Part shown: one piece after another, positions 49,263 to 60,323 of the stretch
How the letters are laid out: each line of letters begins with the position of its first letter
Numbering within the stretch: position 1 is the stretch's first letter
Position numbers and translations under genes: made by a program
From: Anaeromyxobacteraceae bacterium
Lineage (GTDB): Bacteria; Myxococcota; Myxococcia; Myxococcales; Anaeromyxobacteraceae
DNA length: 64,000 bases
Direction: 5' to 3'
Assembly: GCA_032654565.1 (NCBI GenBank)
Contig: JAULAX010000010.1
Span: forward strand, 1 to 64,000
The notes under the pieces: generated by a model
Databases searched by the model: none
Told to the model about the DNA's origin: nothing
What the model saw: only the letters and a program-made list of their open reading frames with translations

Positions 49263-50840
49263 CTACTTCCCCCCGCCCAGCGCCTGCAGCGAGGCCTTGA
49301 GGCGTGACTCCGAGTCGACGAGGAAGTTGGCGCGGGTGACGATCTGGTCGCCGGCGGCCAGGCCGTCCTGCACCTCGACGTGGTCGCCGTCGCTGGCCCC
49401 CAGGCGGACCACCCGGGGCTGGAACTTGCCGTCGCCCAGCGCCACGAAGACCACGCTGCGCGTCCCCGAGTCGATGACCGCGTCGGCGGGGATCCGCAGC
49501 GCCCGGCGGGGCGCCGTCTTCAGGACCACCTCGCCGAACATCTCCGGCTTGAGCACCGCGCCGGGGTTGGCGAGGGCGACCCGGAGCTTGGCGGTGCGGG
49601 TCTTCGGGTCGAGGACCGGGTCGATGAAGGCCACCCGCCCCTGGTACTCCCGGCCCGGGACCCCCTTGAAGGTCAGGGTGGCCGGCGCGCCGACCTCGAG
49701 GTGCCGCAAGTCGGTCTCGTAGACGTCGGCCAGGACCCACACCGAGGTCAGGTCCCAGAGCTCGTAGGGCATCCCGCCGGCCTCGATCCTCATGCCGGGC
49801 ACCACCTCCTTCTTGACCACCACGCCGCTGACGGGCGAGTGGACGGTGATGGTGCGCTCCGCCTGGCCGGCCTGCTCGATGCGCGCCACGGTGGCGGCCG
49901 GGACGTCCCAGAGCTGCAGCTTGCGGCGCGCCGAGGCGGCCAGGTCGTCGCCGTCGGCGGACAGGCCGCGGGACGAGGCCAGGGCCTTCTGCGTCCGCAG
50001 GGCCAGCAGCAGCTCCTCCTGCGCGGCCAGCAGCTCGGGGCTGTAGATGGTGAAGAGCGGCTCGCCCCGCCGCACCTGCTGCCCGACGAAGTCGGCCTGG
50101 ACCTGCTCGACGAAGCCGCCGAACTTGACGTTGACGCGGTGGACGCGGGTCTCGTCCACGGCGACGCGGCCGGTGGTCCGGAAGGCGCCGCCGATGGCGC
50201 CCGGCTCGGCCCGGGCGGTCACCAGACCGATGAGCTGCTGCCGCGCCGGGTCGATCTTCACGGTGACCAGGCCGGCGACCGGGCCCGGACCCTGCAGCTC
50301 GTCCAGGTAGACGGGCAGGTAGTCCATGCCCATCTCGTCCTTGCGCGGCGTGTGCGAGGTCTGCTTGGCGTCCATGGGGGAGCGGTAGAAGACGATCTTG
50401 CGCTCGCCCGGCGGGACCTCGAAGGCGCCGCTCGGGTCGACCTTCTCCAGCTTCATCCCGCAGGTCGGGCAGTCGCCCGGGTGATCCGCCTGGACGGTCG
50501 GGTGCATGGGGCACTGGTAGAGCGCCGGGCCGGTGGCCGAGGGGGCCGGCGCCGAGGGCGAGGCCGGGCCCCCGGCCATGGCCACCAGCTTCATGCCGCA
50601 GATGGGGCAGTCGCCCGGGTGGTCCTGCACGATGGTCGGGTGCATGGGGCACTGGTACTGGACCTTGGCCTCCGCCGGCTTCTCGCCGGCGTGGCCGTGG
50701 CCGTCCCCGACGGGCCGGGTGACGAGGAAGGTGGCGCCGCTGCCCAGGGCGAGGCTGGCCAGCGCCACCAGGGCGAAGGCAAGGCGCCGCTGCGGAGGGC
50801 GGGGGGTGGAGCGCTGCTCGGTCTCGTGCTCGTTGGTCAT
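49263..50840 (-). CDS. cusB: CusB-like membrane fusion protein with tandem heavy-metal-binding domains
   Basis: Two YQCPMHP...CPxCGMxL domains plus YRSPMD...KDEMGMDYLPVY; YSPEL, LKPEMF. Confidence 0.92.
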   Translation of the reverse strand: MTNEHETEQRSTPRPPQRRLAFALVALASLALGSGATFLVTRPVGDGHGHAGEKPAEAKVQYQCPMHPTIVQDHPGDCPICGMKLVAMAGGPASPSAPAPSATGPALYQCPMHPTVQADHPGDCPTCGMKLEKVDPSGAFEVPPGERKIVFYRSPMDAKQTSHTPRKDEMGMDYLPVYLDELQGPGPVAGLVTVKIDPARQQLIGLVTARAEPGAIGGAFRTTGRVAVDETRVHRVNVKFGGFVEQVQADFVGQQVRRGEPLFTIYSPELLAAQEELLLALRTQKALASSRGLSADGDDLAASARRKLQLWDVPAATVARIEQAGQAERTITVHSPVSGVVVKKEVVPGMRIEAGGMPYELWDLTSVWVLADVYETDLRHLEVGAPATLTFKGVPGREYQGRVAFIDPVLDPKTRTAKLRVALANPGAVLKPEMFGEVVLKTAPRRALRIPADAVIDSGTRSVVFVALGDGKFQPRVVRLGASDGDHVEVQDGLAAGDQIVTRANFLVDSESRLKASLQALGGGK

Positions 50841-50853
50841 CGGTGTCCCGGGG

Positions 50854-52251
50854 TCACATCTTGTTCATGGAGGAGGAGGAAGGACCGCTGTCGCCGCCGG
50901 CGGTGGAGGCCGCACCGGCCGCGGCCGAGGCGCCGCCGCTCGATCCGGTCCCCGGGACGGCTCCGCTCGACAGGCCGCCGCCGCCGCCGCCGGCCGGCTC
51001 GAGGCTGACCTCGGCGGCCGCGATGGCCACGCGCCGGGCCTCGGCGACGGTCTGCAGGTAGCCGTCCTCGTCGCCGATGACCCCGGCGATGGCCTCGAGG
51101 ACGGAGGCGAAGGTGACGCGCCCGACCCGGTACTGCCCCAGGGTGCTGTCGGCGGTGGCCTGCGACTGGACGATCAGCCCCTCCCTGTAGAGGGTGGCCG
51201 ACTCGAGGAGGTTGGCGAGCTGGGCCAGGCGATCCTGGACGCGCAGGCGCAGGACCTGGAGCACCGCCTCGGCCGCGCCCTGGCCCGCCGCGGCCCGGGC
51301 CTGGCTCTCGGCCACGACCCGCGACTGCTTCGACCCGGAGAAGAGGGGCAGGGTCAGCGAGAGGCCGGCCGACCACATGGGGTCGAGGCCGCCGCGCGGC
51401 ATGATGGCGGCGGTCAGGGCCAGGTCGGGGTACCGGTCCCGCTGGGCCACCGCCACCTGCTGGGTGGACCGCTCGGCCTGGATCCGCGCCTGGGAGAGCT
51501 CCGGGCTGCGCGCCTCGGCGTCGGCCAGGGCAGCCTCCGCGGTGGGCAGCTCGGGGAGCGCCTGGGTGGCGATGGAGGCGGAGGTCGGGAACGGCTCGTC
51601 GAGCGGGTGGGCCCGAAGCCGGTTGACCCCCTGCAGCCGGGTCCGCTCCTCGGCAAGGAGGGCCCAGCGCCGCTGCCGCAGCCGGTTGCGCTCGAGCTGG
51701 GCGCGCAGGATGTCCGACTGCGCCCCCTCGCCGGTCTCGTAGCGGGACCGGGCCAGCCCCTCGGCCTTCAGCCAGAGCGCCTCCAGCTTGGTGAGCAGGG
51801 CCAGCCGGTCCCGCACCAGCAGCAGGTCGAGGTAGGCGCGCCGGACGTCGGCCTCGGCGGTGAGGCGGGCGCGGGCGGCCGAGGCCTCCGCCAGCCGCAC
51901 GCCCGAGCTGGCCACGTCGGAGCGCAGCCCCCGCTTGCCCGGCCAGGTGATCGGCTGGGTGACCATCACCTGCCAGTAGCTGGTCTCCATCTTGCCGATC
52001 TGGATCCCCTTGAACCCGTCGTTCTGGAGGCCGAGGGAGAGCACCGGGTCCTGGAAGGCGCCGGCCTGCGGGACCCGCTCGCGCTCGGCGCGGACCAGCG
52101 CCTCGGCCTGGCGCAGCTCGGGGCGGCGGGCCAGGCTCTCGTCGATCAGCCCGGCCAGGATGGGGTCGGCCACCGGGGCAGGGAGGGGCTGGGCCTGGGC
52201 GGACGCGGCGAGGAGCAGCGCGGGCAGGGCTCGGAGCAGGTGGTCGATCAT
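50854..52251 (-). CDS. TolC/CusC-like outer membrane factor
   Basis: Signal peptide, QPITWPGKRGLR, YPDL; first gene of the CBA operon. Confidence 0.88.
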   Translation of the reverse strand: MIDHLLRALPALLLAASAQAQPLPAPVADPILAGLIDESLARRPELRQAEALVRAERERVPQAGAFQDPVLSLGLQNDGFKGIQIGKMETSYWQVMVTQPITWPGKRGLRSDVASSGVRLAEASAARARLTAEADVRRAYLDLLLVRDRLALLTKLEALWLKAEGLARSRYETGEGAQSDILRAQLERNRLRQRRWALLAEERTRLQGVNRLRAHPLDEPFPTSASIATQALPELPTAEAALADAEARSPELSQARIQAERSTQQVAVAQRDRYPDLALTAAIMPRGGLDPMWSAGLSLTLPLFSGSKQSRVVAESQARAAAGQGAAEAVLQVLRLRVQDRLAQLANLLESATLYREGLIVQSQATADSTLGQYRVGRVTFASVLEAIAGVIGDEDGYLQTVAEARRVAIAAAEVSLEPAGGGGGGLSSGAVPGTGSSGGASAAAGAASTAGGDSGPSSSSMNKM

Positions 52252-52266
52252 GGCAGGCTGCTCCAA

Positions 52267-52282
52267 AGCACCTGCCGTGCCA
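52267..52282 (-). promoter_or_regulatory. sigma54 promoter of the cusCBA operon
   Basis: TGGCACGGCAGGTGCT (GG-N10-GC). Confidence 0.75.
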
Positions 52283-52429
52283 GCTCTCCCGCTGGAGCCT
52301 GGGCGGAAAGCGTTCATTCCGCGCCGCCCGGGCTCCGCCTGGAACGCAACGGCGACGGGCCAGCCAGGGGCTGCCCCCCCGGGGGTGGGGACGGAGGCCT
52401 CGAAGGAGCGGTGGGGGCCGAGGGCGGCT

Positions 52430-52452
52430 ACACTGTGGCCGCCGAGGTCACA
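52430..52452. promoter_or_regulatory. Candidate bEBP enhancer, copy 1
   Basis: ACAC-TGTGGCC-N5-GGTCACA; second copy at 55906-55928. Confidence 0.6.
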
Positions 52453-52532
52453 GGCTCCCCGCCGGCGCGCGGCCGCCCGGACCACGCGGCGGGGGACCTG
52501 GCGCGGGTGCGACGGTTGCTTCCCGGAAGAGG

Positions 52533-53987
52533 ATGCCGATGCGAACGCCGTCTGGAACCGCCCGCCGCCTCATTGTCGCCTTCGCCGGGCTGCTCTCCAT
52601 CTTCGCGGTCTCCTCCTGGTTCGCGCTCTCCAGCCTGCGCGACATCCAGGGAGGCCTCACCGAGATCAAGGAGCGGGAGGACGGGGTGCGCCTGGCCCTG
52701 ACCCTGGCCAGCGCCGTCCGCGACCAGTACGCCCACCAGGCCCACACCATCATCCTCGGCAACGACTCGCACCTCCCGTACTACACCGAGGCGGAGCGGC
52801 GGGTGGTCGAGCTGACGGCGGCGGTGAAGCGGCGGGTGCGGGAACCCGACGAGCTGGCCTGGGTGGCCGAGATCGAGAAGGCCACCAGCGAGCTCGACCG
52901 GATCTTCCGCCAGCGCATCGTCCCGGCCGTGCTGCGCCGGCAGGCGGCCGACGTCATGGAGGAGCACGGCCAGGCCCAGGTCCAGGTGACGCAGATCCAG
53001 GGGATGACCGAGCGGCTGGTGGACCGCTTCGAGACCTCCATCGGCGACATCCAGGGCCAGGTCCGGGCGGTGCAGCAGGCCGCCTTTCGCTGGACCCTCT
53101 TCTTCCTGGCCGGGGCGCCGCTGCTGGCCGGCGGCATCGGCCTCTCCATCTACCGCTCGGTGGCCCGCCCCATGGCGCGGCTCGGCGAGGGGGCCGCCCG
53201 GCTGGCGGCCGGCGACCTGGACGCCCGCATCGACATCGACAGCCCGGACGAGTTCGGCGCCCTGGCGCGGCAGTTCGACGCCATGGCCCAGTCGATCAAG
53301 GACCACCAGGCGCGGCTGGTGCAGAGCGAGAAGCTGGCGGGCATCGGGCGCCTGGCGGCCGGGGTGGCCCACGAGATCAACAACCCGCTGGCCGTCATCC
53401 TCGGCTACGCCAACCTGCTGCAGCGCAAGGCCGAGGGGCAGCTGGCCGTCGACCTGCGGATCATCGAGGACGAGTCGCTGCGGGCCAAGGAGATCGTCGA
53501 GGGGCTGCTCGACCTGTCCCGCCCGCTGGCCAGCGCGGCCGAGCCGGTGGACCTGAAGGAGCTGTGCGACGACGTGGTGGCCCGGCTGGCCGCCTCCGGC
53601 CAGCTCGGCGGCGCCACCGTCGAGGTGAGCGGCGCGGCGCGGGTCGAGGGCCACCCGCAGAAGCTCCGCCAGGTCCTGCTCAACCTGGTGAAGAACGGCG
53701 TCGAGGCGGCCGGACCCGGGGGGACGGTGCGGGTCGCCCTGGCCTCCGGCGCCGGCCAGGGGGCGGAGCTCCAGGTCTCCGACTCCGGCCCCGGGCTCCC
53801 CCCCGAGGCCCGCCAGCGGCTCTTCGAGCCCTTCTTCACCACCAAGCCGACCGGCACCGGGCTGGGGCTGGCCGTCTCGCTGGGGATCGTCCAGGCCCAC
53901 GGCGGCACGCTCGAGGCCGCCTCGCCGGCGGACGGCGGCGCCCGCTTCACCATCCGGCTGCCGGCCTCACCGCCGGGGAAGGTCTAG
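52533..53987 (+). CDS. HAMP sensor histidine kinase (CorS-like, probably copper-sensing)
   Basis: 2 TM segments, periplasmic YAHQAH, HEINNPL, FFTTKPTGTGLGL. Confidence 0.9.
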   Translation: MPMRTPSGTARRLIVAFAGLLSIFAVSSWFALSSLRDIQGGLTEIKEREDGVRLALTLASAVRDQYAHQAHTIILGNDSHLPYYTEAERRVVELTAAVKRRVREPDELAWVAEIEKATSELDRIFRQRIVPAVLRRQAADVMEEHGQAQVQVTQIQGMTERLVDRFETSIGDIQGQVRAVQQAAFRWTLFFLAGAPLLAGGIGLSIYRSVARPMARLGEGAARLAAGDLDARIDIDSPDEFGALARQFDAMAQSIKDHQARLVQSEKLAGIGRLAAGVAHEINNPLAVILGYANLLQRKAEGQLAVDLRIIEDESLRAKEIVEGLLDLSRPLASAAEPVDLKELCDDVVARLAASGQLGGATVEVSGAARVEGHPQKLRQVLLNLVKNGVEAAGPGGTVRVALASGAGQGAELQVSDSGPGLPPEARQRLFEPFFTTKPTGTGLGLAVSLGIVQAHGGTLEAASPADGGARFTIRLPASPPGKV

Positions 53988-53997
53988 GACCAGGGCC

Positions 53998-55392
<1,395 letters not shown>

Positions 55393-55408
55393 GAACGGCT
55401 CGCCTCGC

Positions 55409-55750
55409 CTACTCGACGACGATGACGCCGGAGATCATGTCCATGCCGCAGGCGTAGCGGAGCTGGCCGCTCTTCACCGGCGTGAACTCGACGGTGACCG
55501 GCTTGTTGAGGGGCAGCTTCTGGTTGATCCCCTGGTCGCGGATGACGATCTCGGTGGCGCAGGTCCGGTCGGTCTTGCGGGTGACGACGAGCCGCACCGG
55601 CTGCCCCTTCTTGACCTTGATGTTGGCCGGGACGAAGCCCTCGCCGGTGACCTGGATCTCGATGGCCTGGACCGGCGGCGGCGCGGCCAGGGAGGCGATG
55701 GGCGCGGCGATGGCGATGACGAGCGCGGCGGCGAGGAGCTTGCTCTGCAT
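55409..55750 (-). CDS. Secreted cupredoxin-domain protein
   Basis: Signal peptide, GFVPANI, TCATE, YACGMDM. Confidence 0.88.
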   Translation of the reverse strand: MQSKLLAAALVIAIAAPIASLAAPPPVQAIEIQVTGEGFVPANIKVKKGQPVRLVVTRKTDRTCATEIVIRDQGINQKLPLNKPVTVEFTPVKSGQLRYACGMDMISGVIVVE

Positions 55751-55814
55751 GTCGGGTGTCTCCGGGTGGTGCGGGGCGCCCCGTCGACGAGGCGCGCCGT
55801 CTGCAGGACCGTAA

Positions 55815-55830
55815 AGCACGGGGCGTGCCG
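55815..55830 (-). promoter_or_regulatory. sigma54 promoter of the cupredoxin gene
   Basis: CGGCACGCCCCGTGCT (GG-N10-GC), followed by TT as in the cus promoter. Confidence 0.65.
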
Positions 55831-55905
55831 CCGCCGGAGCCTGGCGCGCTCCGGATTGACGGGGAAATCCGGGCCGGGCGCCGGCCGGTGGCGCCGGCAG
55901 GAGCC

Positions 55906-55928
55906 ACACTGTGACCGCACCGGTCACG
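55906..55928. promoter_or_regulatory. Candidate bEBP enhancer, copy 2
   Basis: ACAC-TGTGACC-N5-GGTCACG. Confidence 0.6.
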
Positions 55929-55970
55929 GTGGTGGAGGCCAACACCACGCCGGCCCGGAGGGCCGGCGAC

Positions 55971-56537
55971 TCAGAGCAGCAGCCGCGCCAGCAGCCCGCC
56001 GGTGGTGGTGTAGCCGGCCACCGAGCCCTTGATCCTGCCGTCGGCGTCGAGGAAGTAGACGGTGGGGTAGGCCTCGACGTGGAAGGCCCGCACCGTGGCG
56101 TCGTCGCCCAGCAGCACCGGGTACTCGACGTGGTGCTCCGCCATGTAGGCCCGCACCTCCGCCACCTCGCCGTAGGCGCTGGCCACCGAGACCACCTGGG
56201 CCCGGCTCCCGGCCCAGCGCAGCGCGCGGGAGAGGTTGTCCGACTGGGCGGCGCAGACCCCGCACCAGGGGGCCCAGAAGGCCAGGGCCACCGGCCGGCC
56301 GCGCAGCGAGGCGAGCGTCACCGGGGCGCCGTCGAGGGTGCGGAAGGTGGCGGCCGGGCGCTCGCCGCCGGAGAGGTGGTGGCGCGACTGGATGGCGCCG
56401 ATGGCCAGCACGGCGAGCAGCACCACCACCGCCTCGCCGCCCCAGCGGAACCAGCGCCGCTGCTCCAGCGCCGCCAGCCGCGCCCGCCAGCCCGGCTTCG
56501 GTCCGGGCGTCGAGGTGGGGGGGAGCCTCTGGCTCAC
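55971..56537 (-). CDS. TlpA-family thiol-disulfide oxidoreductase
   Basis: TM anchor, FWAPWCGVC, AYPTVYF; GTGA overlap with lgt. Confidence 0.88.
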   Translation of the reverse strand: MSQRLPPTSTPGPKPGWRARLAALEQRRWFRWGGEAVVVLLAVLAIGAIQSRHHLSGGERPAATFRTLDGAPVTLASLRGRPVALAFWAPWCGVCAAQSDNLSRALRWAGSRAQVVSVASAYGEVAEVRAYMAEHHVEYPVLLGDDATVRAFHVEAYPTVYFLDADGRIKGSVAGYTTTGGLLARLLL

Positions 56538-57307
56538 GTCGCCACCGGCGGCGCGCCGCGGGCCAGCCGCGCCGTGCCCCAGGCCAGCAGCCCGAGGCAG
56601 AACCACTGGGCGAAGGTCAGGCCGAGCTGCCGGCCGTCGGCATAGACCAGGTCGCCGGGGCGGGCCCGGAGGAAGTCGAGCAGGAAGCGGCCGGCGCCGT
56701 AGGCCACCGCCAGCAGCGGCAGCAACTGCCCGCGCAGCCGCCCCGCCCGGCGCAGCGAGTAGAGGAGCGCCGCCAGGGCGAAGAGCAGGATGGCCTCGTA
56801 GAGGCCGAGGTCGTGGCGCGCCCCGCCTGGGAAGTCGACGGCCAGCCAGAAGTCGCTGCGCACGCCGGGGTGGTCGTGGACCGAGAAGCAGCCCAGCCGG
56901 GCGATCCCCCAGCCCGGCGCCAGCCCCAGCGCCCAGGCGTCGCCGAACGGCGCGAAGGCCAGCCCGCGGCGCCGGAACCAGACGGCGGCGGCGATGATGG
57001 CGCCCGAAAGGCCGCCCATCGAGGAGAGCCCCTCCCAGACCTTGAGGATCCGCACCGGGTCGGCCAGCTCCTCCGGGTGATAGAAGACCAGGTGGACCAG
57101 GTGGCCGCCGACGATGCCGCCGGCCACGGCGATCACCGAGAAGTCGAGCACCACCCTGGGGTCGAGCCCGTCCCGCCGGGCCGCCCGGGCCGCCAGTTGC
57201 ATGCCCACCAGGATGCCGGCGGCCGAGAGCAGGCCGAAGGCCTGGAGGGTGAAGGGCCCGAGGGAGAGGTTGGGGAGCAGGAACCAGCTGATGGTGGCGA
57301 TCGGCAC
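56534..57307 (-). CDS. lgt: Prolipoprotein diacylglyceryl transferase family protein
   Basis: WEGLSSMGG, IARLGCFSVHDHPG, RHDLGLYE, RFLLDFLR. Confidence 0.85.
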   Translation of the reverse strand: MPIATISWFLLPNLSLGPFTLQAFGLLSAAGILVGMQLAARAARRDGLDPRVVLDFSVIAVAGGIVGGHLVHLVFYHPEELADPVRILKVWEGLSSMGGLSGAIIAAAVWFRRRGLAFAPFGDAWALGLAPGWGIARLGCFSVHDHPGVRSDFWLAVDFPGGARHDLGLYEAILLFALAALLYSLRRAGRLRGQLLPLLAVAYGAGRFLLDFLRARPGDLVYADGRQLGLTFAQWFCLGLLAWGTARLARGAPPVAT

Positions 57308-57322
57308 GAAGGAGTTCTAGTG

Positions 57323-57661
57323 CGGGGGCGCCTTCCTGTCAGGGTCTACTTTGCCCCGGGTCGTCATCAGGGACCCACCCTTTGTTGGGAGTTGCTTGAC
57401 CCACATCAACAAAGCGTTCGCGGCGAAGGACTCCGAGTCACGCGAGCTGGGCACAAGCGCCGCGGTTGATGCGCCCTTCGGCGCAACCCTCCGGTGCACG
57501 GTAGTTGCAAAGAGTGGATGAGTCGCACGTCAGTCCGTGCCTCGCGGCGACCGGGGGGTCAGCCGCGGCTCGTGGTCGGAGACGCACCTGGGCCGACGTG
57601 ACGACGGGGGGGAAGCGGTGGGTGTCCTTGGCGATCCAGGCCAGCACCCACCGCTCGTTTT
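57323..57661 (+). ncRNA. Candidate structured ncRNA of unknown class
   Basis: Less GC-rich intergenic region with nested stems whose G-U wobbles favour the + strand; ends in a terminator-like hairpin (see findings). Confidence 0.4.
57615..57661 (+). terminator. Terminator-like hairpin (possibly bidirectional)
   Basis: GCGGTGGGTG...CACCCACCGC followed by TCGTTTT. Confidence 0.55.
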
Positions 57662-57688
57662 CCATGAGCCGCCGGCGCGGGGGCGCCC

Positions 57689-58402
57689 TCAGGCCTTCGA
57701 CGGCCTTCGCAGCCGCAGGTTGAGCAGCTCGACCAGCAGCGAAAAGGCCATGGCGAAGTAGATGTACCCCTTGTCGATGTGCTTCCCCAGCCCCTCGGCC
57801 ACCAGCATCACGCCGATGAGGATGAGGAAGGAGAGGGCCAGCATCTTCATGGTGGGGTGGCGCTCCACGAACTCGCCCACCGCCCCGGCGAAGACCAGCA
57901 TGACCCCGACCGCCACCAGCATCGCCGCCACCATCACCGGCAGGTGCTGCGCCATGCCGACCGCGGTGATGACCGAGTCGAGCGAGAAGATGATGTCGAG
58001 CAGCGCCACCTGGGCGATCACCAGCCAGTAGCCGCCGCGCCCGCCGGCGGCCGGGGCGTGGCCGGTGGTCTCCAGCTTCTCGTGGATCTCGGTGGTGGCC
58101 TTGGCCATCAGGAAGAGGCCGCCGCAAAGCAGGATCAGGTCGCGCCCGGAGACGGACCGCCCCAGCGCCGTGAAGAGCGGCGCGGTCAGCCCCATCACCC
58201 AGGAGATGGCGAAGAGCAGCCCCAGCCGCGTGACCAGGGCGAGGGCCAGGCCGAGCCGCCGGGCGCTGGGCTGCTGGGCGGCCGGGAGCCGGCCGGTGAG
58301 GATGGTGAGGAAGACCACGTTGTCGATGCCGAGCACCACCTCCATGGCGGTGAGCGTGGCCAGTGAGACCCAGGTCTCGGGCTGCGAGATCAGTTCAAGC
58401 AC
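57689..58402 (-). CDS. terC: TerC-family membrane protein
   Basis: MEVVLGIDN, DIIFSLDSVITAVG, KGYIYFAM; GTG start after GGAGG. Confidence 0.92.
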   Translation of the reverse strand: MLELISQPETWVSLATLTAMEVVLGIDNVVFLTILTGRLPAAQQPSARRLGLALALVTRLGLLFAISWVMGLTAPLFTALGRSVSGRDLILLCGGLFLMAKATTEIHEKLETTGHAPAAGGRGGYWLVIAQVALLDIIFSLDSVITAVGMAQHLPVMVAAMLVAVGVMLVFAGAVGEFVERHPTMKMLALSFLILIGVMLVAEGLGKHIDKGYIYFAMAFSLLVELLNLRLRRPSKA

Positions 58403-58484
58403 GTGGTGAGTCCTCCGGGCGCGACCGGCGCCGCCGGCGGGGAAGGAAAGAAGGGGGGCACCATACCACCGGGGCGGGGGTGCT

Positions 58485-59804
58485 TCAGTGGCGGGAGCGC
58501 CGGCTCCGCCGCGCCGCCACCGCCAGGTCGAGCGGCCGCGCCGGCGTCGCCGAGGGGATGACGCCGCTGGTGACCGCGGCCAGCAGCGCCAGCATCCGGT
58601 CCCGGGCCGGCGCCGCCACGTCCTGCCAGGCCACGTCCAGCGTGGCGCCTTGCGGGTGGAGCCAGCCTGGCGCCGGGGCCGGGGCGAACCAGCGCCGGCC
58701 ATGCGGAGACCGGTCGATGCGCTGGTGGACGGCCTCGAGGGTGCCGCGGGGGCCCACCAGCAGGAAGAGCTCGTAGGAGACGGCGCCGGCGGCGCTGAAC
58801 TCCGCCGCCTCGTCGAAGCCGCCCGGGGTGACCAGGGCCCGCCAGGCCACCTGCTCGCCGAGGTCGGCGTCCACCAGCGTGGCCCCCAGCCGCGAGGGGT
58901 CGGCGGCCAGCGTCCGGCCGAGGTACCGGGCGGTCACCGGCCGCGCCTCGCCGGCCTCGGCGGCCACCAGCCCGGCCGCGATCTTGCGGCGCACCGGGGA
59001 GGCCGCGGTCCCGGCCTCCTCGCGGACCCGCGCGCCGGCCACCGCGTCGGGACCGGCCAGCGCCTCGAGCCGCGACGCGGTCGCCTCCACCAGCGGCCCC
59101 ACCTGCGAGCTCCCGGCCCCAGCGCTCATCTCGGGCAGCGCCCGGCGCAGCACCCGGGCCAGGTCGGCGGCCGCGCTGGCCTGGAACGGCTGGCGCGCCG
59201 AGAGCCAGTGCCCCTCGTGCTGGTGGGAGGGGATGACGTCGGGCTGGCCGCGGCGGACCCCGGCCTGGACCGTCTGCAGCAGCCGCAGCTCGTCGCCCAG
59301 CCGCCGGCCAGCGCGACGGTCGTTCTCGGCGGCGGCCAGGAGACGCCTGCGGTCGGCCTCGGCCCCGGTGAGCCAGGCCCAGAGCTCGACGGCGCCGGCG
59401 CGGGCCGGGGAGGGAGGCGGCGCCCGCCGGGCCTGCTCGAGCACCTCGGCGGCGCGGCGACGGAGGCGGGAGGCGGGCGGCGGGGCCGGCTCGGCCAGCC
59501 GGGCGGTCAGACGGGCCAACGAGGCGGCGTCCAGCCCGCCCTGCAGCCGCGCGAAGGTCTTCCCGGAAGGCGTCTCGGGGGAGTGTGGTGCGCCGGCCGG
59601 CAGCTCGGCCGAGAGGCCGGAGGAGACAGCCTCCAGCGCGGCCAGCTCGGCGCTGAGGGTCGCCGGGCCCCCGGCCAGCCCGGGGGCTGCGCCCAGACCG
59701 GCCAGCGCCAGCTCCCGCTCGGCGAAGCCGAGCCAGAGCCAGAGCCAGAAGTCCATCACCTGCGCCGCCGTCAGCCCTGCCACCGCCGCGCGCTCGCTCC
59801 CCAT
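58485..59804 (-). CDS. Hypothetical protein
   Basis: Long ORF in the expected codon register; no family recognised. Confidence 0.55.
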   Translation of the reverse strand: MGSERAAVAGLTAAQVMDFWLWLWLGFAERELALAGLGAAPGLAGGPATLSAELAALEAVSSGLSAELPAGAPHSPETPSGKTFARLQGGLDAASLARLTARLAEPAPPPASRLRRRAAEVLEQARRAPPPSPARAGAVELWAWLTGAEADRRRLLAAAENDRRAGRRLGDELRLLQTVQAGVRRGQPDVIPSHQHEGHWLSARQPFQASAAADLARVLRRALPEMSAGAGSSQVGPLVEATASRLEALAGPDAVAGARVREEAGTAASPVRRKIAAGLVAAEAGEARPVTARYLGRTLAADPSRLGATLVDADLGEQVAWRALVTPGGFDEAAEFSAAGAVSYELFLLVGPRGTLEAVHQRIDRSPHGRRWFAPAPAPGWLHPQGATLDVAWQDVAAPARDRMLALLAAVTSGVIPSATPARPLDLAVAARRSRRSRH

Positions 59805-59867
59805 TCACGCTCCCCGGCGGAGACCCTAGGCGAGGGGTCTGACTTCGCCGGGGCCCGTGGGCCTGGC

Positions 59868-60026
59868 TCAGCGCGGCGGCCGGCGGCGGTATCCGACCAG
59901 CAGCAGGGCCCCGGCCACCAGCAGCACCGGCAGGAAGGCGCGATTGGCGAGGAGTCCGGGTCGCCGCGCCAGCAGCACCACCAGCGCCACCAGCACCAGG
60001 ATCGTCGGCCAGCCGAGACGGAGCAT
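59868..60026 (-). CDS. 52-aa two-TM membrane protein
   Basis: MLRLGWPTILVLVALVVLL...; GGAGG RBS. Confidence 0.55.
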   Translation of the reverse strand: MLRLGWPTILVLVALVVLLARRPGLLANRAFLPVLLVAGALLLVGYRRRPPR

Positions 60027-60090
60027 GGCCAACTCTACCTCCGTTCCCACCGGGGCCGGTCCACTTGGGTCGCCCGGTGTTCCAGAAGGG

Positions 60091-60110
60091 TCGTACGAAT
60101 TCGTAAGAAT
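60091..60110. promoter_or_regulatory. Candidate activator site upstream of the cytochrome gene
   Basis: Tandem TCGTACGAAT/TCGTAAGAAT containing the palindrome TACGAATTCGTA. Confidence 0.45.
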
Positions 60111-60254
60111 TGGCCTGGTGGCGACGGGAGTGGGTGGGGTGGCGCACGGGGTGGGTGAGTGATTTGAGCCAATACGACCCGGCCGTGTGCGACCCGTTCG
60201 GGAGCGAACGCGCGAAACACCAAGCAGGAGAGCGGCCCGCGGCGCTTCGGACTT

Positions 60255-60270
60255 TGGCACGGCTGATGCT
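60255..60270 (+). promoter_or_regulatory. sigma54 promoter of the decaheme cytochrome
   Basis: TGGCACGGCTGATGCT (GG-N10-GC). Confidence 0.75.
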
Positions 60271-60323
60271 GAGGAGGGAGCCGCCACACCCACACGGAAG
60301 TACGACTCGAGGAGAGAACCTAT

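Noticed and set aside
57323..57661. tmRNA, SRP RNA, RNase P, T-box, hammerhead or c-di-GMP riboswitch identity
   Set aside because: Only partial look-alikes (GGGGGCG start, CTGATGA, TGGGCAC). The required partner motifs (T-loop/CCA, GGAAGGAAGCAG, GAGGAAAGUC, GAAA) are missing.
58403..58484. yybP-ykoY Mn riboswitch upstream of terC
   Set aside because: The GGGGAGUA and GAGACC core motifs are absent.
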